Origin: Candidatus Omnitrophota bacterium | GTDB taxonomy: Bacteria; Omnitrophota; Gorgyraeia; Zapsychrales; Zapsychraceae | Assembly (NCBI GenBank): GCA_023247445.1 | Contig: JAHFGL010000004.1 | Span: 1,520 to 65,519, forward strand | Length of the DNA stretch: 64,000 nucleotides | Direction of reading: 5' to 3' | Part shown: positions 27,540 to 37,318 of the stretch, one piece after another | Position numbering within the stretch: position 1 is the stretch's first letter | How the letters are laid out: each line of letters starts with the position of its first letter | The notes under the pieces: model-generated | Told to the model about the DNA's origin: nothing | Databases searched by the model: none | What the model saw: the letters and a program-made list of their open reading frames with translations, nothing else | Program-made: the position numbers and the translations under genes

Positions 27540-27885
27540 TATCTTTCTTTGGATTGGAGCCAATTTTACAGACGAAGCGTATATTCTTTCAACAAAGATT
27601 CATGGTGTCCTCTGGAGCATTGCTGATGTTATAGTCATATTAACTGTACTCAACGTTGTTTGGTTATTTGGAAAGAAAGATGGAGGGAAGTTTCCTGTCG
27701 TCAGACTTACTCTCCTTGGAGTTTCAGCAGCCTTAATACCGTTTCTTATATGGACTAACACACCAAGAGACTTTTATTATTTAGATTCTGGGATCGTCAT
27801 GATCCAACTTTTTGTTTTGATTTATACAATTATAAGAAATGGAAAAGATATTAAAGACATTTTAAAGCCCAGGCTAAGAGATTAG
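27529..27885 (+). CDS. Hypothetical membrane protein
   Basis: About three TM segments; GAGGA RBS; overlaps the upstream gene. Confidence 0.7.
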   Translation: MLDNIFLWIGANFTDEAYILSTKIHGVLWSIADVIVILTVLNVVWLFGKKDGGKFPVVRLTLLGVSAALIPFLIWTNTPRDFYYLDSGIVMIQLFVLIYTIIRNGKDIKDILKPRLRD

Positions 27886-27888
27886 GTA

Positions 27889-28116
27889 ATGAAAATGAAA
27901 CTTGGACAATATCAGCATTATAGGGGGAAATTTTACGAAGTTATTGGCGTCGCTCATCATAGTGAGACGCTGGAGGAGTTGGTGGTTTATAAGGCGCTAT
28001 ATAAAACTAAATTTGGAAAAGATTCGTTGTGGGTTCGTCCTAGAAGGATGTTTTGTGAAAAAATTAAGGTCGGGGTTGCATTTGTTCCGCGGTTTAAATA
28101 TATTGGGAAACAATAG
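27889..28116 (+). CDS. DUF1653 domain protein
   Basis: YQHYRGKFYEVIGVAHHSETLEELVVYKALY...LWVRP..MF...PRF. Confidence 0.9.
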   Translation: MKMKLGQYQHYRGKFYEVIGVAHHSETLEELVVYKALYKTKFGKDSLWVRPRRMFCEKIKVGVAFVPRFKYIGKQ

Positions 28117-28134
28117 GGAGAGGAAAGGGAGACT

Positions 28135-28440
28135 ATGAGAATTAAAGCTCAGATTTTTTTCGTATTTTTAATTTCTTTTGTTTTGTGTTCAAGTGCGTTA
28201 GCAGCAAGCAAGTCGCGTAAGATTGCCCCTGTTGCCGATCCAAGTCGTCAAACATTGTTTAATAAAACGACGGATTTTATCGCAACGGCGGGTGAATCAC
28301 CCTCAAATAAACAACAGATATTGCGTGAGCGCCGAAAGAATCGTCGGGAAGCTCGGGTGAGTGCCCAGAATCGCAAGCAACGCGCCAAAACGCAAAAGCG
28401 ACTTAAGAAAGAGCAGCAAGTGATTATGAAGAAGTTGTAG
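28135..28440 (+). CDS. Basic exported hypothetical protein
   Basis: Signal peptide, R/K-rich coiled coil, GGGAG RBS. Confidence 0.7.
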   Translation: MRIKAQIFFVFLISFVLCSSALAASKSRKIAPVADPSRQTLFNKTTDFIATAGESPSNKQQILRERRKNRREARVSAQNRKQRAKTQKRLKKEQQVIMKKL

Positions 28441-28454
28441 AGAAAGGCTTCAAA

Positions 28455-28820
28455 ATGAATGTTGCTGTCGTTGGAGCATCAAACAAACCTGATCGATATT
28501 CCTATCAGGCCGTCATGTTGTTAAAAGAGAAGGGGCATCAGGTTTATCCCGTGCATCCGCGCATCAAAGACATCGAAGGAATGGCCGTCTATCCATCAGT
28601 TAATGACATTAAAGATTCGATTGATACTATTTCAATGTATGTTGCTGCTGATGTCTCAATAGCCATGGCGGATGATTTATTAGCCAAGCATCCTCGGCGA
28701 ATTATTTTTAATCCCGGGGCTGAGAATTTGCCGCTGGAAGAACAGTTACGTTTAAAGGGAATCCAACCGATTAATGCGTGTACGCTGGTCATGCTACGCA
28801 CCAATCAATTCGACAAATGA
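28455..28820 (+). CDS. CoA-binding protein (YccU-like)
   Basis: VAVVGASNKPDRYS, FNPGAEN, ACTLVML. Confidence 0.92.
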   Translation: MNVAVVGASNKPDRYSYQAVMLLKEKGHQVYPVHPRIKDIEGMAVYPSVNDIKDSIDTISMYVAADVSIAMADDLLAKHPRRIIFNPGAENLPLEEQLRLKGIQPINACTLVMLRTNQFDK

Positions 28821-29722
28821 ACGCGATTACAATTTCTAACTTAAAGAAAACTTACGCCAATGGCACCCAGGCCTTAAAGGAAATTAACCTGGAGGTCACC
28901 GCTGGAGATTTTTTTGCTCTTCTTGGCGCCAACGGTGCGGGCAAGACGACCGTGATTGGAATTTTGACGAGCATTGTTAATAAGACTTCCGGGTCGGTTA
29001 AGATTTTTGATATTGATATCGAAAAAGATCATATGGCGGCAAAGAAAATGATTGGTGTTGTGCCGCAAGAAATGAATTTTAATATGTTTGAACAGGTCCA
29101 GGATATTGTGGTGGCCCAAGCTGGATATTTTGGGATTGATCATAAAACTGCGATCAGAGATTCTGAAATTATTTTAAAGCAAGTTGAGCTTTGGGAAAAA
29201 CGAAAATCTCCTTCACGAACGCTTTCTGGTGGGATGAAACGGCGCCTGATGATCGCCCGCGCGTTAATTAATAAACCAAAATTGTTGATTCTTGATGAAC
29301 CAACCGCCGGTGTTGATGTTGAGCTACGTTACGGCATGTGGGAGTATTTGCGGCAGTTAAACGCTCAAGGCACCACGATTCTTTTAACGACCCATTATTT
29401 AGAAGAAGTCGAACAGATGTGTAAAAACGCGGCGATTATTAAGACGGGCGAGATTATCAAATACGATCGTGTGAAAAATTTGCTTCAGCTCCTTGAACAA
29501 GAAACCTATGTAGTTCACGTTGAGAAAATTCAGGCTATCGAAACGATCAAGATGTATAACCCCAAAGTAATTGATGATACAACCTTTGAGGTCGATATCA
29601 GTAAGAAAGAGAGACTAAACGATTTTATTCTCAAGATTTCAAACGCAGGAATGATTGTCACGGATATTCGACCTAAAGGGAATCGATTAGAGAAGTTGTT
29701 TTTAAAGATACTGAAACAATAA
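28817..29722 (+). CDS. ABC-2 type transporter ATPase (YadG-like)
   Basis: GANGAGKT, LSGGMKRR, LDEPTAGVD, LTTHYLEE. Confidence 0.92.
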   Translation: MNAITISNLKKTYANGTQALKEINLEVTAGDFFALLGANGAGKTTVIGILTSIVNKTSGSVKIFDIDIEKDHMAAKKMIGVVPQEMNFNMFEQVQDIVVAQAGYFGIDHKTAIRDSEIILKQVELWEKRKSPSRTLSGGMKRRLMIARALINKPKLLILDEPTAGVDVELRYGMWEYLRQLNAQGTTILLTTHYLEEVEQMCKNAAIIKTGEIIKYDRVKNLLQLLEQETYVVHVEKIQAIETIKMYNPKVIDDTTFEVDISKKERLNDFILKISNAGMIVTDIRPKGNRLEKLFLKILKQ

Positions 29723-29848
29723 AGCACCAATACACAAATTCCAAATACCAAACAATATGCAAATTCAAAATCCCAATGGCCAAAATTAACTTTTAGTTTT
29801 GTAGTTTGTTAATTGCAATTTGTTTGGTATTTGTGATTTGGATATTTT
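29721..29848 (+). repeat. Intergenic heptamer-based imperfect inverted-repeat element, copy 2
   Basis: Shares CCAAACAATAT...AAATCCCAATGGCCAAAA...AGTTTTGTAG.TTGTTAATTG...TTTGGTATTT.TGATTTGG with 24821-24980. Confidence 0.8.
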
Positions 29849-29855
29849 AAAAAAC

Positions 29856-30629
29856 ATGACCTCCCAAGAAAATTATGTAGCCTATCAAACGATCATCCGT
29901 AAAGAAGTGGTGCGCTTTATGCGTATTTGGACGCAGACGCTTTTGCCGCCGGTAATTACGCAGACATTATATTTTATTATCTTTGGAAAATTTATTGGAT
30001 CTCAAATTGGCGGGATAAATGGAATCAGTTACATGTCGTTTATCGTGCCGGGGCTTGTCATGATGGCGATTATTAACAATTCCTTTGCCAACGTAGTTAG
30101 CTCTTTTTTTGGAGCGAAGTTTCAGCGCAGCGTTGAAGAGCTTTTGGTTTCATCAACGCCACACTGGATTATTCTTGCTGGATATGTCAGTGGGGGAGTT
30201 TTGCGCGGAGTTGTCGTGGGGACGCTGGTCTTTATTGTTTCTTTCTTCTTTACCGTTCCGCATATTTATCACCCTTTTTTAATTATTGTATTTATGGTTT
30301 TGACATCGATTCTTTTTTCTTTGGGAGGGTTTATTAATGCGATCTTTGCGAAGAAATTTGATGACGTGGCGATTTTTCCAACGTTTATCTTAACTCCGTT
30401 AAGTTATTTGGGCGGCGTTTTTTATTCTATTCACAGCTTGCCGGAGGTTTGGCAGAATCTTTCAAAATTAAATCCGATCCTTTATATGATTAATGGTTTT
30501 CGTTACGGATTTTATGGAATTTCAGATGTGAATGTTTCCGTTAGTATTCTAATTTTGATTACGCTCATCATCATTTTAGCGGTTTATAGTTTGGATCTCT
30601 TAAAGAAGGGAACCGGGCTGCGAAGTTAA
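29856..30629 (+). CDS. ABC-2 type transporter permease (YadH-like)
   Basis: RFMRIWTQTLLPP, FIVPGLVMM, LTPLSYLGGVFYS, NPILYMINGFRYGF. Confidence 0.92.
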   Translation: MTSQENYVAYQTIIRKEVVRFMRIWTQTLLPPVITQTLYFIIFGKFIGSQIGGINGISYMSFIVPGLVMMAIINNSFANVVSSFFGAKFQRSVEELLVSSTPHWIILAGYVSGGVLRGVVVGTLVFIVSFFFTVPHIYHPFLIIVFMVLTSILFSLGGFINAIFAKKFDDVAIFPTFILTPLSYLGGVFYSIHSLPEVWQNLSKLNPILYMINGFRYGFYGISDVNVSVSILILITLIIILAVYSLDLLKKGTGLRS

Positions 30630-30647
30630 CTAAGGAAAGTCGATGCG

Positions 30648-30700
30648 GGCATCCAATTAGATTCCCGCTTAAAGCATGCGGGAATGACAATCTTGGGATA
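30648..30700. repeat. Partial REP-like element (uninterrupted allele of the 3811 element)
   Basis: GGCATCCA..TAGATTCCCGCTTAAAGCATGCGGGAATGACAATCTT. Confidence 0.8.
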
Positions 30701-30707
30701 ATTTCTA

Positions 30708-31736
30708 ATGAAAACTAATACTTTTAAATTAGCGTTAATCATTTTTGTTTCTCTGTTTATTTTGATTTTTGGTTTTGGGTATTATCTCTTAAACAGCTCG
30801 TGGTTTTGGGAAAAACTCGCCGTAAGTCTGATCAAGCAAGGGGGAAAAGAAGTCCAATCCGCCCAACTGAGCATCCAAAAAACAAATTTTAATCTGCCGA
30901 CAAAATTAATCTTAGAGGATGTTAAATTAAAGATTAAGATTCAAGAAGTGTCATACACAATTGATCTTAGCGGGCTCACCATTGATGCGAATTCCTTTAT
31001 CGTAGGCCGGGACAAAAAGATTGACCTTAATTTAAGCGGCCTAAGAATTGAATCATCAGTGGCTAATCTAAAAGACGCCAATATGGTGTTGGCCGTATCT
31101 TTCGAGAAGAATTTATTGAAAAGTTTAAAGGGCACTTTAAAAATCGCCTCGGCTGATTCGAATAAATATGTTTTAACCAATATTTCTGCCGATATCACGG
31201 GCGACCAAAAGAATATTGTTTTAGATAATTTCTTGGCGAGTTCTTATAACGGAGAGGTGAAAGGTAAGATTACACTAGCCTATCAACCGGCTGTTACGTA
31301 TGATATAGCCCTAGCGATCAAAGATGTCGATTTAACGGCGATGCGGGCCGCTAACATGGAGGTTTTTTCTCAGGTGCGTGGAAAGTTACAGGGAGATGTT
31401 GAATTAAAAGGTGAACCTGCTAAAATTCATTCCATCATCATGAACCTGGAGATACCTCAGGAGGGCCAAGTTAAGGCGCGGCTTCTTAAACCATTTTTTG
31501 ATTACATTCCGCAGAGCACGCAGAAAAAAGATTTAGAACTTTTGATGAAGGTTGACGGACTTGTGGCGCTGGACAAAGCCGTCCTTGCGCTAAAGAGTTC
31601 AAGCGAAGAGAAGCTAAGTACAACGATCGGACTTGAGAGCAAACGATTTAATTTAGATACACATTTAACAGTTGATTTTAATATTGAAGGTGGGCTTCAA
31701 AATTTGTTTGTTTTTCTACAGAAATTTCTTCAATAA
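30708..31736 (+). CDS. AsmA-like / YdbH-like membrane-anchored protein
   Basis: N-terminal TM anchor, beta-rich repeats (YNGEVKGKI, RGKLQGDV). Lies upstream of YnbE- and YdbL-like genes. Confidence 0.65.
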   Translation: MKTNTFKLALIIFVSLFILIFGFGYYLLNSSWFWEKLAVSLIKQGGKEVQSAQLSIQKTNFNLPTKLILEDVKLKIKIQEVSYTIDLSGLTIDANSFIVGRDKKIDLNLSGLRIESSVANLKDANMVLAVSFEKNLLKSLKGTLKIASADSNKYVLTNISADITGDQKNIVLDNFLASSYNGEVKGKITLAYQPAVTYDIALAIKDVDLTAMRAANMEVFSQVRGKLQGDVELKGEPAKIHSIIMNLEIPQEGQVKARLLKPFFDYIPQSTQKKDLELLMKVDGLVALDKAVLALKSSSEEKLSTTIGLESKRFNLDTHLTVDFNIEGGLQNLFVFLQKFLQ

Positions 31737-31746
31737 TGGAGGCGAC

Positions 31747-31977
31747 ATGATGGAAATAAAACAAAAGAATATGTTGGCGCTGGTATCGATCTTTGGGCTT
31801 CTGACAGCCGTGGGATGTACGGTCAAAGCTGTCGGTGATCCAAAACGGCCGATTACAATCGATGCCCATATTACCGTTGATATCAAGGGACTGCAGAATA
31901 CAGCAACCGATATCGAAGATTTTGTCAGTGGTCAGAAATCTAAAGAAAGTTTACCTGTCGATCAAGGAGGAAAATAA
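31747..31977 (+). CDS. YnbE-like lipoprotein
   Basis: Lipobox AVGC; PKRPITIDAHITVDI; GGAGG RBS. Confidence 0.7.
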   Translation: MMEIKQKNMLALVSIFGLLTAVGCTVKAVGDPKRPITIDAHITVDIKGLQNTATDIEDFVSGQKSKESLPVDQGGK

Positions 31978-31978
31978 T

Positions 31979-32392
31979 ATGTTTAGAAAGACATTATTAA
32001 TTGTATTAAGTGCATGTTTACTTGCCGTTAGTTATAATCACGTCGTTTTGGCTCAAGGAAAATATAGTATTAAAGAAATGACGCCACAGGTTCAAGGCGC
32101 CCTTGAGAATCGCCGTGATCGTTTTGATAAACTCAAAGAATTAAAAGCTAGTGGGGCTATTGGGGAGAATAATCAGGGGTACGTTCAAGTTTTAGCGAAG
32201 GGCGAGGGCGCGGATGAAATTGTTTCAGCAGAAAATGCTGATCGAAAACTTATCTATGAAGCAATTGCCAAACAAAATGAACTTCAAGGGGCACTTGATA
32301 CCATTGAAAAAGTTTTTGCACAGGTGCAACGCGATAAAGCTACCGCTGGGGATAAGATTCAAACTGAAGCAGGTGATTGGATTACAAAATAG
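31979..32392 (+). CDS. YdbL/DUF1318 family protein
   Basis: LKASGAIGENNQGY, VSAENADRKLIY, C-terminal GDW. Confidence 0.85.
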   Translation: MFRKTLLIVLSACLLAVSYNHVVLAQGKYSIKEMTPQVQGALENRRDRFDKLKELKASGAIGENNQGYVQVLAKGEGADEIVSAENADRKLIYEAIAKQNELQGALDTIEKVFAQVQRDKATAGDKIQTEAGDWITK

Positions 32393-32399
32393 TTTGTCT

Positions 32400-33791
32400 T
32401 TATCGTGATTTGCGTTGGCCGAGGAATTGATTTGTCGCCACGGCAATTATAATCAAATAAAGCGGCACCAGTGGCAGCGCATAGCGCGGAAGAATATAGA
32501 AGAAGGAATGTACTGCGATAAATAGAATTATAAGGGCAAGGATTAGCCCTAACCGTTCAATGTGGCCATTCTTTTTCTCGATGAAGGTAAGTTGTAGAGT
32601 GTAGAAAAGCGAAAGTATTGTTAGAAGGGCCATTAGAAAACTTAGCCCATAGCTAAACACCTGCCGATCATAAAGTTTTTGCAACCAACTTGGATATGCG
32701 ACAAATCCTATCTGTGTTGATTCCCAAAAAAGCATTTTAGCGCCTTCCACTAAACCTAGTCCCGCCGCTTGGAGAGGATTCACAAGCATTTTTCCTATCG
32801 CTAATTTAATTAATGTCTGATCAGCTTTTTGTGCGGGTAAGTGATAACTCTCAAGTTCCTGTCTTTTCTCTGCACCTAAGTCATCGGAGATTCGCCACGA
32901 CCAAAAGGCACATCGGTCCTTCCCTAATGCTTTTTGACAGAACTGTTCACCAGGAATAAAGGCGGCCGCACTTTGCATTCGTTGGTTGTTTAATTTTTCC
33001 ATCCGGCGGGCGATGTTGCCATAAAGCGCCCACGCGCCGCGATCAGTTAAGGCAAAGTGTCCATTATATTTTTGGTTGGCAGACTTATAGAGAAAGACGG
33101 GAATTTCAAAACTGAAAATAAAGATAAGAAAGAAGATCGCCATTTTAAGACCTAATCGGCGGTTTTTGATCGCGTAGATAATACAAATAAGAAAGAATGC
33201 TGGTGTAATGATTTCAAAAATGGCTTTTGTTAAAGTCAAAAGAAAGAATAAAATGCCCCACACAAAAGCTAGGAGATAATCTTTCTTTGAGTTTAGCTGG
33301 GAGAGTTTTTCAACGGACACGTAGCCTACAATAATCGTCGCGAGAATCAAGGGATAACTTGCGATCTCTGAGAAAAGGCTGCACGCAGAATTGATAACTG
33401 CTGGAGAAAATCCAAAATAAAAAAGAGTAACGGTCTGGATGATCGGATGGATTTGAAATTTTCTTAAAATTTTTAGTAGAAGTAGTTGGCTTATAAATAG
33501 AATACAAAATTGAAAGAATATTTGGATCGAAAGATAAGAGACAGAAAGAATATCGGCGAGGCGCATGGATAATGAGATAAGAATTGGATAAACAGGCTCG
33601 CGGTTTGGGCCTGTTTTAAAATATTCAATCCAGCCTTCTTTATAGAGAAGGGAGCCAAGATGCTCATAACCCAAAGCGTCATGGACCAAGATGGGCTGCG
33701 TTGTTGAGGCGAGATAGAGCCAGTAGATGACACAACAGATGATTGCAACCAGGGGTGTCTTTTGAATCCAGGAGGATTGTTTCGATAACAT
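32400..33791 (-). CDS. GT-C fold (ArnT/PMT-like) membrane glycosyltransferase
   Basis: Polytopic; HDALGY in the first loop, REPVYP, LFSE, C-terminal PRYALP. Confidence 0.72.
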   Translation of the reverse strand: MLSKQSSWIQKTPLVAIICCVIYWLYLASTTQPILVHDALGYEHLGSLLYKEGWIEYFKTGPNREPVYPILISLSMRLADILSVSYLSIQIFFQFCILFISQLLLLKILRKFQIHPIIQTVTLFYFGFSPAVINSACSLFSEIASYPLILATIIVGYVSVEKLSQLNSKKDYLLAFVWGILFFLLTLTKAIFEIITPAFFLICIIYAIKNRRLGLKMAIFFLIFIFSFEIPVFLYKSANQKYNGHFALTDRGAWALYGNIARRMEKLNNQRMQSAAAFIPGEQFCQKALGKDRCAFWSWRISDDLGAEKRQELESYHLPAQKADQTLIKLAIGKMLVNPLQAAGLGLVEGAKMLFWESTQIGFVAYPSWLQKLYDRQVFSYGLSFLMALLTILSLFYTLQLTFIEKKNGHIERLGLILALIILFIAVHSFFYILPRYALPLVPLYLIIIAVATNQFLGQRKSR

Positions 33792-33868
33792 TTTTTAGTT
33801 CTCTTGTTTGACTTGCCTCAACGATTTCATTAGTATACAAGAGGTTCAAATAATAGGAAATATCATTT

Positions 33869-34690
33869 ATGAAAACAAAGCTCGATTCTTCGATTCCTAT
33901 TCGTCGTTTAGGAATTGGTTTTATTTTGGTCATAGTCTTTTTTATTTTTGTTCTGATCATCCGAGGCGAATATCCAAAATTAAGAGACCAATTGGCGCAT
34001 TGTAAAATATTTACTGGACTTATTCAAACGCAAGAAGATGTTCACAAACGCGCTCAATACATCACGGTTGATTATTTTACGCCCTCCTTTGAAAGTCTTA
34101 ATCAGTTTGTTGCCAGCCGTGGGAAGACCTCTATTGGTAATTTAGAACAATACGAAAATTATTATACAAAAATGATTGCGGCTTTCCCTAAGATGGCGGA
34201 GGCGTATGCGATGCTGGGCTTTGTTGATTATTATTTAGGGAAAGAAGAAGCGGCTATTGGGTCTTTTCAAAAGGCTACGGAACTCAATCCATATTTGTTC
34301 CCCGCGTATTACAATCTTGGTGTTATTTATTTTAAAAATCATAATTATGCAGAATCTTTATTATTTTTTAAAAAAGCCGTTACGATTAGTCCCGAGATAA
34401 CTTTTAAAATTGTCAAATCCTCCAAGCTCTATCAAGATCTTATTGTTAATCCCAAAACACATGCGGTCACCGTACCTGATTTAAACAAAAGTTATTTGGA
34501 GGGGTATAAACTTTTGGTGGCGGATTGTTATTATCTGAAGAATACAAAAGCCATGAATACCATTGCGCAGCATGCGCTGGACTTAAAGTTGGGAGAGGCC
34601 AATTTTTTTAGTCGTTATATGAATTTAGATTTAGAAAAAGAACCTGGCCCGAGTCCCGAGGTTGATAATATTACAGTGCAGATTTTTTAA
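33869..34690 (+). CDS. Membrane-anchored TPR protein
   Basis: N-terminal TM segment; AEAYAMLG...FQKATELNP; AYYNLGVIY. Confidence 0.85.
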   Translation: MKTKLDSSIPIRRLGIGFILVIVFFIFVLIIRGEYPKLRDQLAHCKIFTGLIQTQEDVHKRAQYITVDYFTPSFESLNQFVASRGKTSIGNLEQYENYYTKMIAAFPKMAEAYAMLGFVDYYLGKEEAAIGSFQKATELNPYLFPAYYNLGVIYFKNHNYAESLLFFKKAVTISPEITFKIVKSSKLYQDLIVNPKTHAVTVPDLNKSYLEGYKLLVADCYYLKNTKAMNTIAQHALDLKLGEANFFSRYMNLDLEKEPGPSPEVDNITVQIF

Positions 34691-34755
34691 ATTATTGTTA
34701 AAGAAAGAAATATTCGCCTTATAATAAAGACCATTGAACGCGAAGAAGAGGGATT

Positions 34756-34941
34756 ATGAAATCAAAAAATATTTTTATTGTTCTTTTAAGCGTTCTGCTG
34801 ATTATAATTTTGTTTCAAAACACTCAGGTTGTTGCTTTTCAGTTTTTACTTTGGAAAATCACCGCTTCACGGATTTTCTTGATTTTATTAGGGATAATCG
34901 TGGGCTTTATGTTTGGGCTTTTCGCCAGTAAGAAATTATAG
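34756..34941 (+). CDS. LapA/DUF1049-like small membrane protein
   Basis: LFQNTQVVAFQFLLW between two TM segments. Confidence 0.78.
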   Translation: MKSKNIFIVLLSVLLIIILFQNTQVVAFQFLLWKITASRIFLILLGIIVGFMFGLFASKKL

Positions 34942-34952
34942 GAATTTGAATC

Positions 34953-36017
34953 ATGACGAGTGCCGCTAAAAAATTATCGCAAACCGCAGGGCTCCCCCCG
35001 GGGACGCTTGTTTACGTTGGCGATCACAAAAAACAAACCGCACGTATTACTTTGTTCGATTTCGATGTGAATCAATATAAAGAACAGGAAATTTTTTCTG
35101 TTGAAGAATGTTTTCCCTTCAAAGATTCAGAAACCATTACGTGGATAAATATTGATGGTTTGCATGATGTGGACGTCATTGAAAAGATTGATAGTCGTTT
35201 TGGTATTCATCCACTGGTATTGGAAGATATTTTAAACACTGAGCAACGTCCCAAGATTGAAGATTATGGAGATTACGTCTTTATTACATTAAAAATGTTT
35301 AATTATAATCCGGAGTTAGATGAGGTTACGCCAGAGCAGATTAGTATGATATTCGGGTCTAATTATGTTATTACATTTCAGGAATCGCAAGGAGATAGCT
35401 TTAATCCAATTCGTGATCGAATTAGAAACAATAAAGGCCGCGTGCGTAGAATGGGCGCGGATTATTTAGCCTATGCTTTGCTGGACACAATTATCGATGA
35501 TTATTTTGTTATTCTTGAGCGCTTAGGCGAAAAGATTGAACTATTTGAAGATCAGTTAATGGGAGATACGGATAATACTTGGCCACATAAAATTCATCAG
35601 CTCAAACGAGAAGTTATTTTGCTTAGAAGATATATTTGGCCTTTGCGAGAGGTGGTTGGTGGATTCCAACGTATTGAATCAAATTTAATTAACAAAGCGA
35701 CAGGAATCTTTTTGCGCGATGCCTATGATCATACCATTCAAGTCATGGACACCATTGAGTCCTATCGCGATATGCTTTCTGGAATGCATGATGTGTATCT
35801 TTCGAGCCTAAGTATCCGAATGAACGAGGTTATGAAGTTTTTAACAATCTTTACCGCTATTTTTAGTCCACTTACATTTTTAGCTGGAATTTATGGGATG
35901 AATTTCCAACATATGCCTGAACTGCATTGGGTTTGGGGATATCCTTTCATTTTGGTTATTATGGCCACGATTACTTCTTTAATGCTTATTTATTTCAAAC
36001 AAAAGAAATGGCTTTAA
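34953..36017 (+). CDS. corA: Magnesium/cobalt transporter CorA
   Basis: GLPPGTL, HPLVLEDI, QRPKIEDY, AGIYGMNF, MPEL. Confidence 0.96.
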   Translation: MTSAAKKLSQTAGLPPGTLVYVGDHKKQTARITLFDFDVNQYKEQEIFSVEECFPFKDSETITWINIDGLHDVDVIEKIDSRFGIHPLVLEDILNTEQRPKIEDYGDYVFITLKMFNYNPELDEVTPEQISMIFGSNYVITFQESQGDSFNPIRDRIRNNKGRVRRMGADYLAYALLDTIIDDYFVILERLGEKIELFEDQLMGDTDNTWPHKIHQLKREVILLRRYIWPLREVVGGFQRIESNLINKATGIFLRDAYDHTIQVMDTIESYRDMLSGMHDVYLSSLSIRMNEVMKFLTIFTAIFSPLTFLAGIYGMNFQHMPELHWVWGYPFILVIMATITSLMLIYFKQKKWL

Positions 36018-36027
36018 TTTCTATTTC

Positions 36028-36083
36028 TGTCCTTAGTTGTCCTACCTTGTCCCATTGACAATCCTCTTCTTATAGATTATCTT
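36028..36083 (+). promoter_or_regulatory. Promoter with three phased TGTCC repeats, copy 1
   Basis: TGTCC at 36028, 36038 and 36048; TTGACA at 36055; 17-nt spacer; TATCTT at 36078. Confidence 0.72.
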
Positions 36084-36121
36084 TCATCTATCTTTCAAAT
36101 TATTAGATTTGCGTAAAGCCA

Positions 36122-37249
36122 ATGAAAAAAACCTTAATTTATTTATGTTTTAATTTATTCCTTTTGGGGAGTTCGCTTCCTGCCTATGCCGGGGGAGGAC
36201 TGCCACCAGGGCCAAATTACAACAATCTTGATTTTACGGACTTTGTGGTTTTTGGCGGCGGGCATACTATTTTAGGCCGTGGAGTCAGCGCTGATGATAA
36301 TGAACCCGATGATCCAGATGATCCGATTATTATTAACGGAGCCTTGGTTGGTAGTAATGGCAATATTGAAGTTCGTGGTAAATCTCAAACCGAGGCCATT
36401 GTTACCAATGGTGATATTTTGCTTGGTAATCATGTGAGAGTAGATGGGGATGTGATTGTTAATGGGGATGTGGATTTAAATCTCGATGCTCAAGTTGGTG
36501 GTGATATTGAGGCGGGAGGGAAGGTTCATTTAGGAAGACATTCAGTAGTTTCTGGCGATGTCACCGCGGGTGGTGATATTGATTTAGAAAAATTTTCTAG
36601 CATTGGTGGAACAGCTTCAGAATTTAGCACGCCGCTAACCTATTCACCTATTACGTTACCCCCTTCAACAGCCTTTGGAATAGGTACTCTCGATGTGACG
36701 AAAGGCTCAGGTAATACAACAACACTTTTACCGGGATCATATGATGATATTACTTTGGGAGCTTCCAATGTTTTGAATCTTCAAGGCGGCAAATATTATA
36801 TGGATAATCTTAATTTGGGAGAGTTTAGTACAATTAATATTGATCTAACTAGCGGCGAGTTTGAAATGTATGTTCTTCATGATGTAACGATTGGACGATA
36901 TACGAATATGTTTTTAACCGGTGGCGAAGCTGATCAAGTTTATATAGAGGTAGGAAGAAAATGGCTTTCGCGAGGCCATAGCAATCTTTATGGGACTGTT
37001 TTTTCACATGGTGATTTGCAGATTGGTCGAAAGACAAATTGGACGGGCGCATTATATGCCGGGGATGTCTTAAGAATTCGCGGAGGAAGTAATATCAATT
37101 TTGATTTATATTGTGGTTTTGAAGGGGATTTAGCTTGTGAGGATGTACCACCACAGACATCAGCTGTTCCTGAACCGACGACGATCGCTTTATTGGCCTC
37201 TGGTTTATTGGCCGCCTCAAGATTAAAGAAATTGAAGAAACTTGCCTAA
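36122..37249 (+). CDS. PEP-CTERM surface protein, paralog 1 (Gly-rich, beta-solenoid-like)
   Basis: Signal peptide, GDV/GDI repeats, VPEP + TM segment + basic tail. Confidence 0.9.
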   Translation: MKKTLIYLCFNLFLLGSSLPAYAGGGLPPGPNYNNLDFTDFVVFGGGHTILGRGVSADDNEPDDPDDPIIINGALVGSNGNIEVRGKSQTEAIVTNGDILLGNHVRVDGDVIVNGDVDLNLDAQVGGDIEAGGKVHLGRHSVVSGDVTAGGDIDLEKFSSIGGTASEFSTPLTYSPITLPPSTAFGIGTLDVTKGSGNTTTLLPGSYDDITLGASNVLNLQGGKYYMDNLNLGEFSTINIDLTSGEFEMYVLHDVTIGRYTNMFLTGGEADQVYIEVGRKWLSRGHSNLYGTVFSHGDLQIGRKTNWTGALYAGDVLRIRGGSNINFDLYCGFEGDLACEDVPPQTSAVPEPTTIALLASGLLAASRLKKLKKLA

Positions 37250-37318
37250 TATTATGTTTTATCTTTTAGCCATCGATACATTCTAGGAATATAAATTAAG
37301 AAAATATAAAGGTTAAAA

